Below, piece after piece: positions 1 to 10,227 of a stretch of 64,000 bases of DNA. The notes below the pieces were generated by a model, which saw nothing but the letters and a program-made list of their open reading frames with translations, did no database searches and had not been told where the DNA came from. The DNA is from Candidatus Omnitrophota bacterium (GTDB taxonomy: Bacteria; Omnitrophota; Gorgyraeia; B26-G9): NCBI GenBank assembly GCA_043805415.1, contig JAZDHZ010000002.1, positions 15,773 through 79,772 on the forward strand, in the 5' to 3' direction. The translations under genes and the position numbers were made by a program. Numbering within the stretch: the first letter of the stretch is position 1; each line of letters starts with the position of its first letter.

Positions 1-1
1 G

Positions 2-859
2 CGCGGATTTACCGAAAAGTATATTAGACATCCGCATAAAACCGGATTAATTAAAAAAATAAAAGATGCTTACAATCAGATTGCCAAGGATAATGAACTG
101 GTAATTATCGAAGGCACCGGACATGCCGGAGTCGGCGGGGTTTTTGATTTATCCAATGCCTTTGTTGCCAAGCAATTGAAGAGCAAAGTGATTCTAATTT
201 CATCCGGCGGCATAGGCAAGCCGATTGATGAGATTCTGTTAAATAAAGCTTTGTTTGATCAAGAAGGCGTAGAGATAATCGGGGTTATTGTTAATAAGGT
301 TTTGCCGGAAAAATATAAAAAAGTCAATGAACTGGTACGCAAAGGATTAGCTCGAAAAGGGCTAAAGGTGCTTGGCGTTATTCCTTATGAAAAAGATTTA
401 ACCAAACCGATGATCGGACAGATTCAAGAAGAACTAAAAGCAAATGTTATCTACGGTTCCACTTTTATGGATAATGTGGTTGAAAAAATTGTAATCGGAG
501 CAATGGAGCCGCATGCTGCCTTAAACCATATTACGGATAAAAGTTTAGTTATTACTCCCGGTGACCGAGAGGATATTATTTTAACCGCGATTTGTATGCA
601 TCTTATTCACGGCGCTAATGGGCCTTCAGTATCCGGCTTAATTCTTACCGGCGGGATCAGTCCTCATCCATCGGTTTTAAAACTGATGAAATGCACGGAT
701 ATTCCGGTTCTCTTAGTTAAAGAGGATACGTATAGCGTTGCTTCACGTGTCCATGATCTGAGAATAAAAATAAAACCTCAGGATAAGACAAAGACAAATT
801 TAGTTATTGATTTGGTTAATAAATACGTGGATATGAATGCTATTGCCAGAAATTTATAA
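2..859 (+). CDS. Phosphotransacetylase N-terminal-like protein (BioD-like AAA + DRTGG domain), 5' partial
   Basis: Frame is open from base 2 (RGFTEKY...VIIEGTGHAGVGGVFDLSNA). GVIVNKV and ITPGDREDII (DRTGG) motifs; no Pta catalytic domain follows. Confidence 0.85.
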   Translation, partial: RGFTEKYIRHPHKTGLIKKIKDAYNQIAKDNELVIIEGTGHAGVGGVFDLSNAFVAKQLKSKVILISSGGIGKPIDEILLNKALFDQEGVEIIGVIVNKVLPEKYKKVNELVRKGLARKGLKVLGVIPYEKDLTKPMIGQIQEELKANVIYGSTFMDNVVEKIVIGAMEPHAALNHITDKSLVITPGDREDIILTAICMHLIHGANGPSVSGLILTGGISPHPSVLKLMKCTDIPVLLVKEDTYSVASRVHDLRIKIKPQDKTKTNLVIDLVNKYVDMNAIARNL

Positions 860-969
860 GAAGAGGTTTAGGCTTAACTGCTGCTTAGTTTTTCTGAATT
901 AATCTCTCGCTGTTTTTCGATCAGAAGATCCATGCTTGGGATTATTTGCTTAAGGGACAGGATTTGACT

Positions 970-2052
970 ATGAAAATTTTAATTATCAATCCTTTTGGCA
1001 TTGGTGATGTTTTATTCAGCACGCCAGTTATTGCTGCTTTAAGGAAAAAGTTTCCGGACAGTTTTATTGCTTATGTTTGCAATGGTTCAACCGCGCCGAT
1101 TCTAGAAAATAATCCGGATATTGATCAGTTGTTGTTTTACAGCCGGGGCGATTTTAAAAAAATAAGGCGCGAATCTTTGGGAAGATATTTAAACGCTTTT
1201 ATCCAGGCTGTATTAAACTTGCGTAAAATTAAATTTGATCTTGCGATTGATTTATCCATGGTAATGCAGTACAGCCTGGTATTATGGCTAGTGGGCGTGC
1301 CTAAGCGCTTTGGTTTTGATTATAAAAATAGAGGCCGGTTTTTAACTGATAAAATCTCAGTCCAGGCTTTTAGCGATAAACATGTTGTTGATTATTATGC
1401 TGATTTATTAAAAAAAATCGGGATCAATGAGTTTAACCGCAATTTGAAATTTTATTTATCCTCAGATGATGATAAATGGGCGGGTAAGTATCTAAAAGAG
1501 CATATGATTAATTCTGCTGATCTGGTCGTGGGCCTGGCTCCTTTCGGCGGTTTAAGCTGGGGCGCGGATGCGGAGAATAAACAATGGCCGATTGATTCGT
1601 ATTATTTTATTGCTAAACATATAATCGAAAAACACAAAGCAAAAGTGATTTTATTCGGCACAAAAAAAGATTTGCCGAAAACCGGGCTGTTTAATCAGCT
1701 TAGTAAAAACAATGCCTTGATTAATGCCGTAGGCCAGACGAGTTTAGGTCAGCTGGCCGCTTTGCTCAGCAAATGCAAACTGTTTATTTGCAATGACAGC
1801 GGCCCTTTGCATATTGCCTGCGCGTTGGACATTAAAACAGTGTCGGTTTATGGTCCGGTGGATGAAAATGTTTATGGCCCGGTAGGCCAGGGGCAATCGC
1901 ATGATATTGTCTGCGCGGATATTGCGTGCCGTCCCTGTTATCAGAATTTTAAAAAACCGGTTTGCCAGACAATGAATTGCTTACAAATGCTGGCTAAAGA
2001 AAAGGTTTTAGCGGTTGTGGAAAAAGCGATTGAGCAAGGACGCGCTAAATAG
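970..2052 (+). CDS. Glycosyltransferase family 9 (LPS heptosyltransferase, WaaF/RfaF-like)
   Basis: MKILII..GIGDVLFSTP at the N-terminus, NDSGPLHIA motif and C-terminal CRPC...C...C; start taken at ATG 970. Confidence 0.9.
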   Translation: MKILIINPFGIGDVLFSTPVIAALRKKFPDSFIAYVCNGSTAPILENNPDIDQLLFYSRGDFKKIRRESLGRYLNAFIQAVLNLRKIKFDLAIDLSMVMQYSLVLWLVGVPKRFGFDYKNRGRFLTDKISVQAFSDKHVVDYYADLLKKIGINEFNRNLKFYLSSDDDKWAGKYLKEHMINSADLVVGLAPFGGLSWGADAENKQWPIDSYYFIAKHIIEKHKAKVILFGTKKDLPKTGLFNQLSKNNALINAVGQTSLGQLAALLSKCKLFICNDSGPLHIACALDIKTVSVYGPVDENVYGPVGQGQSHDIVCADIACRPCYQNFKKPVCQTMNCLQMLAKEKVLAVVEKAIEQGRAK

Positions 2053-2109
2053 CTGATGATTATTTATTCTAATAATAACTTTTGATTATGATTTAAGGAG
2101 ACTAAGAGT

Positions 2110-3231
2110 ATGCATGTTCCGTTTATAGATGTGAAATCGCAAAATAATCAGTTAAGGGATAAATCACTTGCCGGCTTAAAACGAGTTATGGATTCCGCTG
2201 ATTTTATCCTCGGAGCTGAAGTCAGAAATTTTGAACAGGAATTTGCCGCGTTTTGTAATGGTAAGTTTGCTTTAGGCGTTAACTCCGGAACAGATGCTTT
2301 ATTCCTAAGCTTATTAAGTTTAGGAATTGGCGCGGGCGATGAAGTGCTTTGTCCGGTTTATACTTATATCGCGACAGCGCTGAGCATTTCTTATACCGGA
2401 GCAAAGCCGGTGTTTGTCGATGTTGATCCGCGGACTTATAATATTGATCCGCGGCAGATTGAAAAAAAGATAACTAAGAAAACAAAAGCAATTATCGCGG
2501 TGCATCTTTACGGACAGCCGGCGAATATGCCGGAGATTAAACGCATAGCCAAAGCGCATAAACTTAAGGTCATCGAAGACGCGGCTCAGGCGCATGGCGC
2601 GGCAATTAGAAATAAAAAAAACCAATGGCAAAAAGTCGGAGTGATGGGTGATATCGGATGTTTTAGTTTTTATCCGACAAAAAATCTCGGGGGCTGCGGT
2701 GACGGAGGTCTGATTTTAACTGACAATAAACCGATTTATGAAAAACTGCATATGCTTCGCGATCAGGGCAGAAAAGGTAAGAATCGCTATCTGCATTTTG
2801 TGATTGGTTATAATTCACGGCTTGATTCTTTGCAGGCTGTTATCCTGCGCGAGAAACTGAAAATGTTAAATACCTGGAATGAGTTAAGAATAAAAAGCGC
2901 GCGGCTTTATTCAGAACTATTAAAAGACCAGTCAGCGATTGTGACTCCTCAAGTCCTGGAAAACTATCGCCATGTTTATCATATTTATCCTATTTTAGTC
3001 AAAGCCCGAGATATCGCGCAAAAAAAACTTTCGGCAAAAAATATCAGTACCGGGATTGTTTATCATAAACCGCTTCATTTGCAGGCGGCCTATAAACCGC
3101 TGGGTTATAAAAAAGGCGATTTTCCGGTAGCCGAATCAATCGCAGAGAAAATTCTATGTTTGCCCATGCACGCGCATCTTAGTAAAACCCAAGTAGAGTA
3201 TGTTGTGGAAAATTTAAACCAAATAATCTGA
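2110..3231 (+). CDS. DegT/DnrJ/EryC1/StrS family PLP-dependent sugar aminotransferase
   Basis: NSGTDAL, VHLYGQ, IEDAAQAHGA, FSFYPTKNLG (PLP lysine), GYNSRLD; SD AAGGAG. Confidence 0.95.
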   Translation: MHVPFIDVKSQNNQLRDKSLAGLKRVMDSADFILGAEVRNFEQEFAAFCNGKFALGVNSGTDALFLSLLSLGIGAGDEVLCPVYTYIATALSISYTGAKPVFVDVDPRTYNIDPRQIEKKITKKTKAIIAVHLYGQPANMPEIKRIAKAHKLKVIEDAAQAHGAAIRNKKNQWQKVGVMGDIGCFSFYPTKNLGGCGDGGLILTDNKPIYEKLHMLRDQGRKGKNRYLHFVIGYNSRLDSLQAVILREKLKMLNTWNELRIKSARLYSELLKDQSAIVTPQVLENYRHVYHIYPILVKARDIAQKKLSAKNISTGIVYHKPLHLQAAYKPLGYKKGDFPVAESIAEKILCLPMHAHLSKTQVEYVVENLNQII

Positions 3232-3252
3232 GTTTAAAAAAAAGGAGTGTAA

Positions 3253-4185
3253 ATGGAATCAAAAGAAATCATTAGTAAATTAATCGCCAATATTGAAAAA
3301 GTTATTATCGGCAAGCGGGAAGCCGTGGAACTCTGTCTGGCTACGCTGATAAGCCGCGGCCATATTCTGATTGAAGATGTTCCCGGTCTGGGCAAAACAA
3401 TGTTAGCCCGGGCGATTGCCTTGTCGATAAACGCGGATTTTAAACGTTTGCAGTTTACTCCGGATATTTTACCTTCGGATATTACCGGAGTTTCGATTTA
3501 TAATCAAAAGACGCAGGAATTTGAACCGCGGCCCGGTCCGATATTTGCTAATATTGTTCTGGCTGATGAGATCAATCGGACAACTCCGAGAACCCAGTCA
3601 GGATTGCTGGAATGTATGCAAGAAGGCAAGGTTACTATCGATGGGGTGAGCTATCCGCTTCCGGTTCCTTTTTTTGTTATTGCCACGGAAAATCCAATTG
3701 AATTTCAAGGCACATATCCTTTGCCCGAGGCCCAGATGGATAGATTTCTCATGTGCATCAGTATCGGATATCCCAGTGCTGAAGAGGAGAATATGATTGT
3801 GCAAAGGCAGGTAAAAAATCATCCGATAGAAAATATGAAAAGCGTAGTTGATTTAGACCAAATTAAATTATTGCAGGAAAAAGTAACGACAGTTCATATC
3901 TCCCCGGAAATAATGAGCTTTATTACCACAATTGTTCGGGCAACCCGAATGCATCCGGAGATTTTATTAGGAGCTAGCCCTCGAGGTTCTTTGGCCTTGA
4001 TGCAGGCAAGCCGGGCAATTGCCTTAATTGATGGCAGAGATTTTGTTATTCCCGATGATGTGAAGAAAATGGCATTTTTTACTTTAGGGCACAGGATTGT
4101 TTTAAAAACCGAGGCTCAGGTAGAAGGAGTAACAAAACAAAAGGTGATTACTGAGGTTTTACGCAGTGTTGCTGTACCGCTTTAA
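3253..4185 (+). CDS. MoxR family AAA+ ATPase
   Basis: Walker A EDVPGLGKT, RLQFTPDILPSDITG, Walker B LADEINR, GTYPLPEAQMDRF, GASPRG. Confidence 0.95.
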   Translation: MESKEIISKLIANIEKVIIGKREAVELCLATLISRGHILIEDVPGLGKTMLARAIALSINADFKRLQFTPDILPSDITGVSIYNQKTQEFEPRPGPIFANIVLADEINRTTPRTQSGLLECMQEGKVTIDGVSYPLPVPFFVIATENPIEFQGTYPLPEAQMDRFLMCISIGYPSAEEENMIVQRQVKNHPIENMKSVVDLDQIKLLQEKVTTVHISPEIMSFITTIVRATRMHPEILLGASPRGSLALMQASRAIALIDGRDFVIPDDVKKMAFFTLGHRIVLKTEAQVEGVTKQKVITEVLRSVAVPL

Positions 4186-4194
4186 AGGATAATT

Positions 4195-5421
4195 ATGCCG
4201 ACAAAAAGAGCAATATTTGTATTTTGTTTTGCCTTGCTGCTTTTGATTGGAGCCTGGGCCAGCAAACTTGTGCTGCTTTATTTTGCTTTTTCCGCTTGTA
4301 GCGGACTGATGATTTTAAGTTTTATTTTTTCTAAATTTCTCTTATTTAATCTTGAACTTAAACGAGAAATGCCGGAACAGGCTTATGAAGGAGAAATCAT
4401 CTCAGTGCAAATCAAGCTGCGCAGCCGGATTGCTTTGCTTGATCAGTCCCTAGAATTAGAGGATGTATTTACAGCCGCAGGCCCTAATCCTAAACCAAAA
4501 ATTTTATATCTGAACGGGATTTCGAAAGGGAAAATCCAGTTTTCCTATCAAGAGTTTTGCTATAAACGCGGCCAGTATAAAATTGGACCTTTCCGCGCTA
4601 AAATCTTTGATCCTTTGGGTTTGTTTTACATGCAAAAAGAAATTTCGATATATTCGTCATTAGTTGTTTATCCGAGTATTTTTCAGGTTTATAATCTGCC
4701 GTTTATCCTCGGTCATTTAGCGCCGCGATTCGGCGAACAAACAACTAGAATAAGCGGAAATTATGAGGAATTTTACGGGATTAGGGAATATCAGCAGGAA
4801 GACGGCTGGCGCAGGATTCATTGGCGCTCGACTGCTCGGACAGCACAGTTGATGGTCAAACATTTTGAGCAAAGTTCGCAATGGAAAGCAATGCTTGTTC
4901 TTGACGGCTATAAAGCAAACAATGTGGGTTTTGGTAAAGCTAATACTTTTGAGTATTCCATAAAGATCATCGCTTCATTGGCCAAACATCTGATGCTTAA
5001 AAACGCGTCTTTTGGCCTCTTAGCCAATACCAAGAACCCGGTGCAGATTAATATGAGCAAAGGCAAAAACCATTATTATAAAATTCTCGAGAAACTGTCG
5101 GTTATTGAGCCTGATGGTTTGATCAATGCGCACAGCTTGCTTGCTAAGTATCAATGGCTGCTGCCGGATAGTTCCAGTCTTATTATTGCTTCCAATAATT
5201 TTGATCAGGGCTTGCTCAAATTCTTAAGTTATTTAAAAATTCAAAAGAATATCGGAATTATTCCTGTGGTCTTAAATTCAGATTCTTTTGCCGTAGACAA
5301 ACAATTGAAACCTGTTTTTGCTCAAAAGACAAAACAGATAAAAAATGTCTTTAATCAGATTACGGCGCAGGTCTATGTGATTAATTGCCAGGATGATTTA
5401 AAAATGCATTTTATGAGATAA
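4195..5421 (+). CDS. DUF58 domain membrane protein (MoxR-associated, vWA-like)
   Basis: N-terminal TMs; RGQYKIGP..DPLGLF, LVVYP and EFYGIREYQQEDGWRRIHWRSTAR DUF58 signature. Confidence 0.9.
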   Translation: MPTKRAIFVFCFALLLLIGAWASKLVLLYFAFSACSGLMILSFIFSKFLLFNLELKREMPEQAYEGEIISVQIKLRSRIALLDQSLELEDVFTAAGPNPKPKILYLNGISKGKIQFSYQEFCYKRGQYKIGPFRAKIFDPLGLFYMQKEISIYSSLVVYPSIFQVYNLPFILGHLAPRFGEQTTRISGNYEEFYGIREYQQEDGWRRIHWRSTARTAQLMVKHFEQSSQWKAMLVLDGYKANNVGFGKANTFEYSIKIIASLAKHLMLKNASFGLLANTKNPVQINMSKGKNHYYKILEKLSVIEPDGLINAHSLLAKYQWLLPDSSSLIIASNNFDQGLLKFLSYLKIQKNIGIIPVVLNSDSFAVDKQLKPVFAQKTKQIKNVFNQITAQVYVINCQDDLKMHFMR

Positions 5422-5423
5422 TT

Positions 5424-8378
5424 ATGAAGGATAATCGATTGCGGTCTTTATATTACGGGTTTACATTTTTATTATGCGCTTGCGCCGGTTTATCGGCTGA
5501 GGCATTAATCGGTAAATTGTATTTCAGTATATTTTTACTGGGTTGTGGTCTGGGTATTTTATTTAGTTCCCAGGCGACTATTGATACTAAAAAAAACCTG
5601 CGTAATATTTTTGGTTGGATATTATTGATCGGCCTGCCGGTTTTTTTCTGGAAAATTCCTTTGCAGCAGTCCACATTACCCAATCTGATTAAAATATTCA
5701 TTCTATTAATTATTGCTAGTTGCTATATAATTGAAAATGCTTCGATGCTTAGCCTGGTTCATTTTGAATGTATTTTTATAACGATTTTTTCCGCCTGTTT
5801 GCCGTTTATTATTCATCCGCGTTATCAGGTAGCACTTTTCAGTTTGGGTTTATTTCTGATTGTTGTTTTGCTGCAAATAACCCAGATAAGATTTTCAGCA
5901 GACAATCAGGCCAGTCAATATGTAATTACTAATGTAAGTATTCCCCGAAGATTTATTTTATCGTTTATGCTCTGCTTGGCGATAATCGGCATCGGCAGTC
6001 TGATTTTTTTTATTGTGCCTAAATATTCTTTCCAGCTGGATTTTGATCTGCAGGGATCTTCTTTTGTTGATTTTAAATTAAAACCCAAAAGCAATCTGCG
6101 TTTAATGATGCCTTATCAAAGCGGGGAAAAAGAACTTTCCCAGGATCAGGTAGTGCCTTATGTTCGTTCTCTGTTTGTTAAACCAAACAAAGATGAAAAC
6201 TTAATGTCTTTTGAAGCAAATAAATGGAAACAGCCTTTAATTATAAAAGAAAAGAAAAAAGAGAAAATAATCAATTCAAGTATTAAACAAGGTAATAATA
6301 AAAAAGGATTAGTTTCTGAAGGTAAGGATATTAGCAGTGATGATAAACAAGAAGCGCTTTTAACTAAAGTCTTGGATAATCCGAATGCTAAACTCCAGAG
6401 CCAGATTAAAAATCTGGAAAATAAAATAGCTAAAGATAAGAAATTATATGATTTTTTAAGTTTTATGGGAAGGGATGATCCGATTCAGGCTGGAAGAGCA
6501 AACCAAATAGCGCAAACCATAAAACAAGAACAGCAAAAGCTGGGAAGACTAAAGAAGGAAGTTAATCAGAACCAGGGACAAAGCGAAGATGCGCGGCCAG
6601 CCGATAATCAAGGCTCAGGCAAGATTGGATTTTTAGCTAAGCTCGCTGGTTTTGGTAAAAATAATGATGAAAAAGAAAGCCAAGACGGAAATGATTCAGG
6701 AGAACAAGGAGCAGGCGAAAGTAAACAGGGCAAAGGCGAGGGAAGTGAGGGAAGCGGAGAGGGCAGCGGTAAAGGAGCCCAAGGCAGCGGTGAAGGCGCA
6801 GAAGGCGCGGGAAAAGGTAATGACGGCAGTGGTGTAGGTGAAGAAGGCGCGGGAAAAGGTAAGGACGGCAGTGGTGCAGGTGAAGAAGGCGCGGGAAAAA
6901 ATAATGACGGCAGTGGTGAGGGTGCGGATGGTGCAGGAAAAGGTAAGGATGGCACTAGTGAAGGTGCGGATGGAATCGGCCAAGGCGATGACGGAACTAT
7001 GCAAGGCGAACAAGGCACCAGTTACGGCAAACAATCAGAAAATAAAGAAAAAGATAATGGAGAAAATTTAGCTAAAAATAATTCAGAGAATCAATCTGAT
7101 TCAAATAGCAACAATAATGCGGAACAAATTTCTCAAGACCAGAACAGCCAGAGTTCAGAATCTGGACAGGGCGATGCTTCTTCGGAAAATCAGCAAGATG
7201 GAAAATCCGAGCAATCGCAAGATAGTAAAAATCCAGATGCCGCAGAACAAAAAACATCGCAGCCAGACTCAAAACAAAATGATAATTCTGACCAAAAAGA
7301 AGTAAATGATGAAAAAGGAGACTTTCCTGGTGTTGGCGGCGGAACAAATAGTAATGATAATAAAGGAGAATCTCAGGGATCCGGGGCAGGAGGTAAAAAA
7401 GGCGGGACTCAAGGAGGAGATTCAGCAGGATCTGCTAGCGGCGGCAAAGGCAAAGCAGATGGAGCCTCTAAGGGATCTGGCGGAGCAGGAACTGCCGGAG
7501 GCCAGGGAGATGACAAAGGCGCGGGCAGTGAAGGCAATGCTCCACAAGGAAATGGTACTGGTAAATCGGATTCTCCTGGAGAAAATGAGAAAGATGAAGC
7601 TAAAGACAGTAAAGGCAGTTCTGAGTCAGCAGGCGGGACTAAACATGAAAAACAGGGGAATACAACCTTAACCAGCTATCTTTTTAAATTTGAAGATAAA
7701 CCATTATCCTCTTTTAGAAAGTGGATAGCAGCGATTGCCAGAGGCAATGTTCCCAAAAAGGAGTTGAGCTCTCTGGTTAAAAAAAATCAGGAAAAACCAG
7801 ATAAACAGGATCAAATAAAAGAACATAAAAAACCTAAACAAAAAAAACTGGAAGAACCTGCTGTTGTTAATCCAGAGCCTTTATCCGAAGAAAAAACAGC
7901 TGATTCAAGCAATAACTTTTTCTGGTATTTATTTATATTTTTTGCTGTATTATTCTGCGGGGGGATTTGCTGGGCTTGTTTGTATCTGATTTTCTGTATT
8001 ATAAGAAAAATTTCCCGGGATTTAAAATTACGCTATCTTTTAGTATTTAAATTAAACCAGATTATTTTTTATTTATACAGAAATCTTTTATTTGTGTTTA
8101 AGAAAACGGGATTAATTTCGCAAGAGTTTCTGACCCCTAAGGAAATCGGGAATATCGCAGTGAAAAAATATAATATATCGAAAGAAGCAATTGACGCAAT
8201 AACCAATGTTTTTGAGCAGTCGCGTTACAGTAATCATAAAATCGATGTGAATAATATTAGTGCTTGTATTAAGGCGTATAATGCGCTAAAAATAGATATA
8301 ATTAAAGATAATACTTTATTAAAAAAACTTAGTCTGAAATTAGATATGCTGAGTGTGAAAAATCGGAGAAAATCATGA
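5424..8378 (+). CDS. Polytopic membrane protein, TgpA-like N-terminus and DUF4129-like C-terminus, with a Gly/Ser/Glu/Asn-rich low-complexity centre
   Basis: About 6-7 N-terminal TMs ending FFIVPK, a long low-complexity region, one TM, then TPKE...ITNVFEQSRYS; third gene of the MoxR-DUF58 operon. Confidence 0.7.
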   Translation: MKDNRLRSLYYGFTFLLCACAGLSAEALIGKLYFSIFLLGCGLGILFSSQATIDTKKNLRNIFGWILLIGLPVFFWKIPLQQSTLPNLIKIFILLIIASCYIIENASMLSLVHFECIFITIFSACLPFIIHPRYQVALFSLGLFLIVVLLQITQIRFSADNQASQYVITNVSIPRRFILSFMLCLAIIGIGSLIFFIVPKYSFQLDFDLQGSSFVDFKLKPKSNLRLMMPYQSGEKELSQDQVVPYVRSLFVKPNKDENLMSFEANKWKQPLIIKEKKKEKIINSSIKQGNNKKGLVSEGKDISSDDKQEALLTKVLDNPNAKLQSQIKNLENKIAKDKKLYDFLSFMGRDDPIQAGRANQIAQTIKQEQQKLGRLKKEVNQNQGQSEDARPADNQGSGKIGFLAKLAGFGKNNDEKESQDGNDSGEQGAGESKQGKGEGSEGSGEGSGKGAQGSGEGAEGAGKGNDGSGVGEEGAGKGKDGSGAGEEGAGKNNDGSGEGADGAGKGKDGTSEGADGIGQGDDGTMQGEQGTSYGKQSENKEKDNGENLAKNNSENQSDSNSNNNAEQISQDQNSQSSESGQGDASSENQQDGKSEQSQDSKNPDAAEQKTSQPDSKQNDNSDQKEVNDEKGDFPGVGGGTNSNDNKGESQGSGAGGKKGGTQGGDSAGSASGGKGKADGASKGSGGAGTAGGQGDDKGAGSEGNAPQGNGTGKSDSPGENEKDEAKDSKGSSESAGGTKHEKQGNTTLTSYLFKFEDKPLSSFRKWIAAIARGNVPKKELSSLVKKNQEKPDKQDQIKEHKKPKQKKLEEPAVVNPEPLSEEKTADSSNNFFWYLFIFFAVLFCGGICWACLYLIFCIIRKISRDLKLRYLLVFKLNQIIFYLYRNLLFVFKKTGLISQEFLTPKEIGNIAVKKYNISKEAIDAITNVFEQSRYSNHKIDVNNISACIKAYNALKIDIIKDNTLLKKLSLKLDMLSVKNRRKS
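6783..6992 (+). repeat. In-frame 42-bp (14-aa) tandem repeat, 5 degenerate copies
   Basis: Units start at 6783, 6825, 6867, 6909 and 6951: GSGEGAEGAGKGND / GSGVGEEGAGKGKD / GSGAGEEGAGKNND / GSGEGADGAGKGKD / GTSEGADGIGQGDD. Confidence 0.9.
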
Positions 8379-9280
8379 TTTTTGATCTTATTATTATCGG
8401 TGCCGGGCCGGCAGGGTTAACTGCTTGTTTGTACGCGCTGCGTTCGCGTTTAAATGTTTTGCTGATTGATAAAACCGCGCCCGGCGGTTATCTTGGACAA
8501 ATAATTGATTTAGAAAATTATCCCGGATTTGAGCTGATTTCCGGATTTGAATTAGCCGAGAATATACTCAAACAATTGAAAAAATACGATTATCAATATA
8601 AACAGCTGGCAGCAGAAAAAATTAAAAAAGTTGATGACTTGTGGAATGTAATCAGCGCGGATCAAGTCTTGGTCGCGAAAACATTGATCATTGCTACTGG
8701 TTCATCTTCGCGTAAATTGGGGGTTGAGGGAGAACAGGAATTTATTGGCAAAGGCGTGTCTTATTGCGGAGTTTGCGACGCTCCTTTCTTTCGGGATAAA
8801 GATGTGGTTGTGATCGGCGGCGGCAATACTGCTTTAGAAGAAGCAATCTATCTTACTAAGTTTGCCAATAAGGTTAGAATTGTTCACCGGCGCCAAGGTT
8901 TACGCGCGGACAAGGTTTTAGAAGACAAAGCCAGAGCAAATAAAAAAATAGAATTTATTTTAAATGCTGTTTGTACAAAAATCAGCGGGAAAAATACGGT
9001 TGAGCAAATTAATATCCAAGATGTTAATACCAAAAAACAAGAGACGCTCCAAACTCAAGGAGTGTTTGTTTTTGTCGGGATGAACCCCGAAACTGAATTT
9101 TTAAATGATTTGCTTGAAAAAGATGAATCAGGTTATATCCGGACTAATAAGGATTTATCTACCAGTGAAATGGGGATTTTTGTTTGCGGCGATTGTGGGG
9201 ATATTCCGCTTCGCCAGGTAATTACGGCTTGCGGGCAAGGAGCAATTGCCGCGCATTCAGCAAGTAAATATTTAGAGTAG
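8375..9280 (+). CDS. trxB: Thioredoxin-disulfide reductase
   Basis: GAGPAG, ENYPGF, GKGVSYCGVCD (CxxC), GGGNTALEEA, HRR; ATGA overlap with the upstream stop. Confidence 0.95.
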   Translation: MIFDLIIIGAGPAGLTACLYALRSRLNVLLIDKTAPGGYLGQIIDLENYPGFELISGFELAENILKQLKKYDYQYKQLAAEKIKKVDDLWNVISADQVLVAKTLIIATGSSSRKLGVEGEQEFIGKGVSYCGVCDAPFFRDKDVVVIGGGNTALEEAIYLTKFANKVRIVHRRQGLRADKVLEDKARANKKIEFILNAVCTKISGKNTVEQINIQDVNTKKQETLQTQGVFVFVGMNPETEFLNDLLEKDESGYIRTNKDLSTSEMGIFVCGDCGDIPLRQVITACGQGAIAAHSASKYLE

Positions 9281-9287
9281 GTTAATC

Positions 9288-9758
9288 ATGTTGAAAATTT
9301 TAATCAATAAAAATCCTTTATTGCGCAAAACATCGAATAAGCTTGAGAAAATAACCGCGCAAGATAAGCATATTTTAAACCAAATGCTTGAGTTTATGTA
9401 TCTAAAAAAAGGCATTGGCCTGGCTGCGGTGCAAGTTGGTATTTTAAAGCAAATGATAACCATTGATATCGGCCAGGGCCCAATTGTATTGATTAATCCG
9501 CGGATAATTAAGCGAAAAGGCAAAAAAGTCGCGATAGAAGAAGGGTGTTTAAGTCTTCCTGGTATCATGGTTAAAGTATCTCGTCCTGCTCAAGTAGTTG
9601 TACAAGCAATGGATATTTCGGGTGATAAAATCCAAATTGAAGCCAGTGATTTATTAGCGCGGGTATTGCAGCATGAAATAGATCATCTTAAGGGGCGATT
9701 GATTATTGACTACCTGCCTTGGCATAAACGTATTGGCTTAAAATGTCAAATATCATAA
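9288..9758 (+). CDS. def: Peptide deformylase
   Basis: GIGLAAVQ, EGCLS and QHEIDHL motifs. Confidence 0.95.
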   Translation: MLKILINKNPLLRKTSNKLEKITAQDKHILNQMLEFMYLKKGIGLAAVQVGILKQMITIDIGQGPIVLINPRIIKRKGKKVAIEEGCLSLPGIMVKVSRPAQVVVQAMDISGDKIQIEASDLLARVLQHEIDHLKGRLIIDYLPWHKRIGLKCQIS

Positions 9759-9899
9759 TCTGTTTTGCTGCAGCATGTTACAAATTATTTTCTTTTTTGT
9801 CCATGGGTTTAAATCATTTTAAATAAAAGCTAATTTAATCAGCGGATTTGTGCAAAGCGCTTTTGCTATAAAGTTGTTTATTTAAAGTATGTTACAGGG

Positions 9900-9928
9900 T
9901 TTACATTTGAAAAACTTTGTGATAGAAT
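9900..9928 (+). promoter_or_regulatory. Putative sigma70 promoter of rpsO-pnp
   Basis: TTTACA-17 bp-TAGAAT with TGn extension; SD AGGAGGTG lies downstream. Confidence 0.7.
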
Positions 9929-9957
9929 ATGGAAAATTGAAAGGAGGTGAAAAATTA

Positions 9958-10227
9958 ATGACTAAGGTGAAAAATGATAAAGAAAAGATAATCAATGATT
10001 TTAAAGCGCATGCTAAAGACACTGGCTCTTCAACTGTGCAGATTGCTTTGCTGACTTCAAGAATAAATGAACTGACTGAGCATTTAAAAATGCACAAGAA
10101 AGATTATAGTTCTCGAGTTGGACTGCTGCAGCTTGTTTCTAAAAGAAGAAGGTTGTTGGATTATCTGAAAAAAGAGGATTTTAAGAAATATAAAGAGATT
10201 CTTGATAAACTCGGGTTAAGGAAATAA
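9958..10227 (+). CDS. rpsO: 30S ribosomal protein S15
   Basis: [41 protein letters not shown]; ATG 9958 follows a strong SD. Confidence 0.97.
   Translation: MTKVKNDKEKIINDFKAHAKDTGSSTVQIALLTSRINELTEHLKMHKKDYSSRVGLLQLVSKRRRLLDYLKKEDFKKYKEILDKLGLRK

Noticed and set aside
936-951. TGGGATTATTTGCT as a sigma54 promoter
   Set aside because: GG-to-GC spacing is 8 or less, not the required 10.
6783-6992. Regular repeats as a possible CRISPR array
   Set aside because: Units are contiguous, in-frame and degenerate, with no unique spacers and no cas genes.
6608-7671. Several overlapping alternative-frame ORFs (Pro/Ser-rich antisense, Lys/Ala-rich sense)
   Set aside because: By-products of the stop-poor low-complexity repeat in the 984-aa gene.
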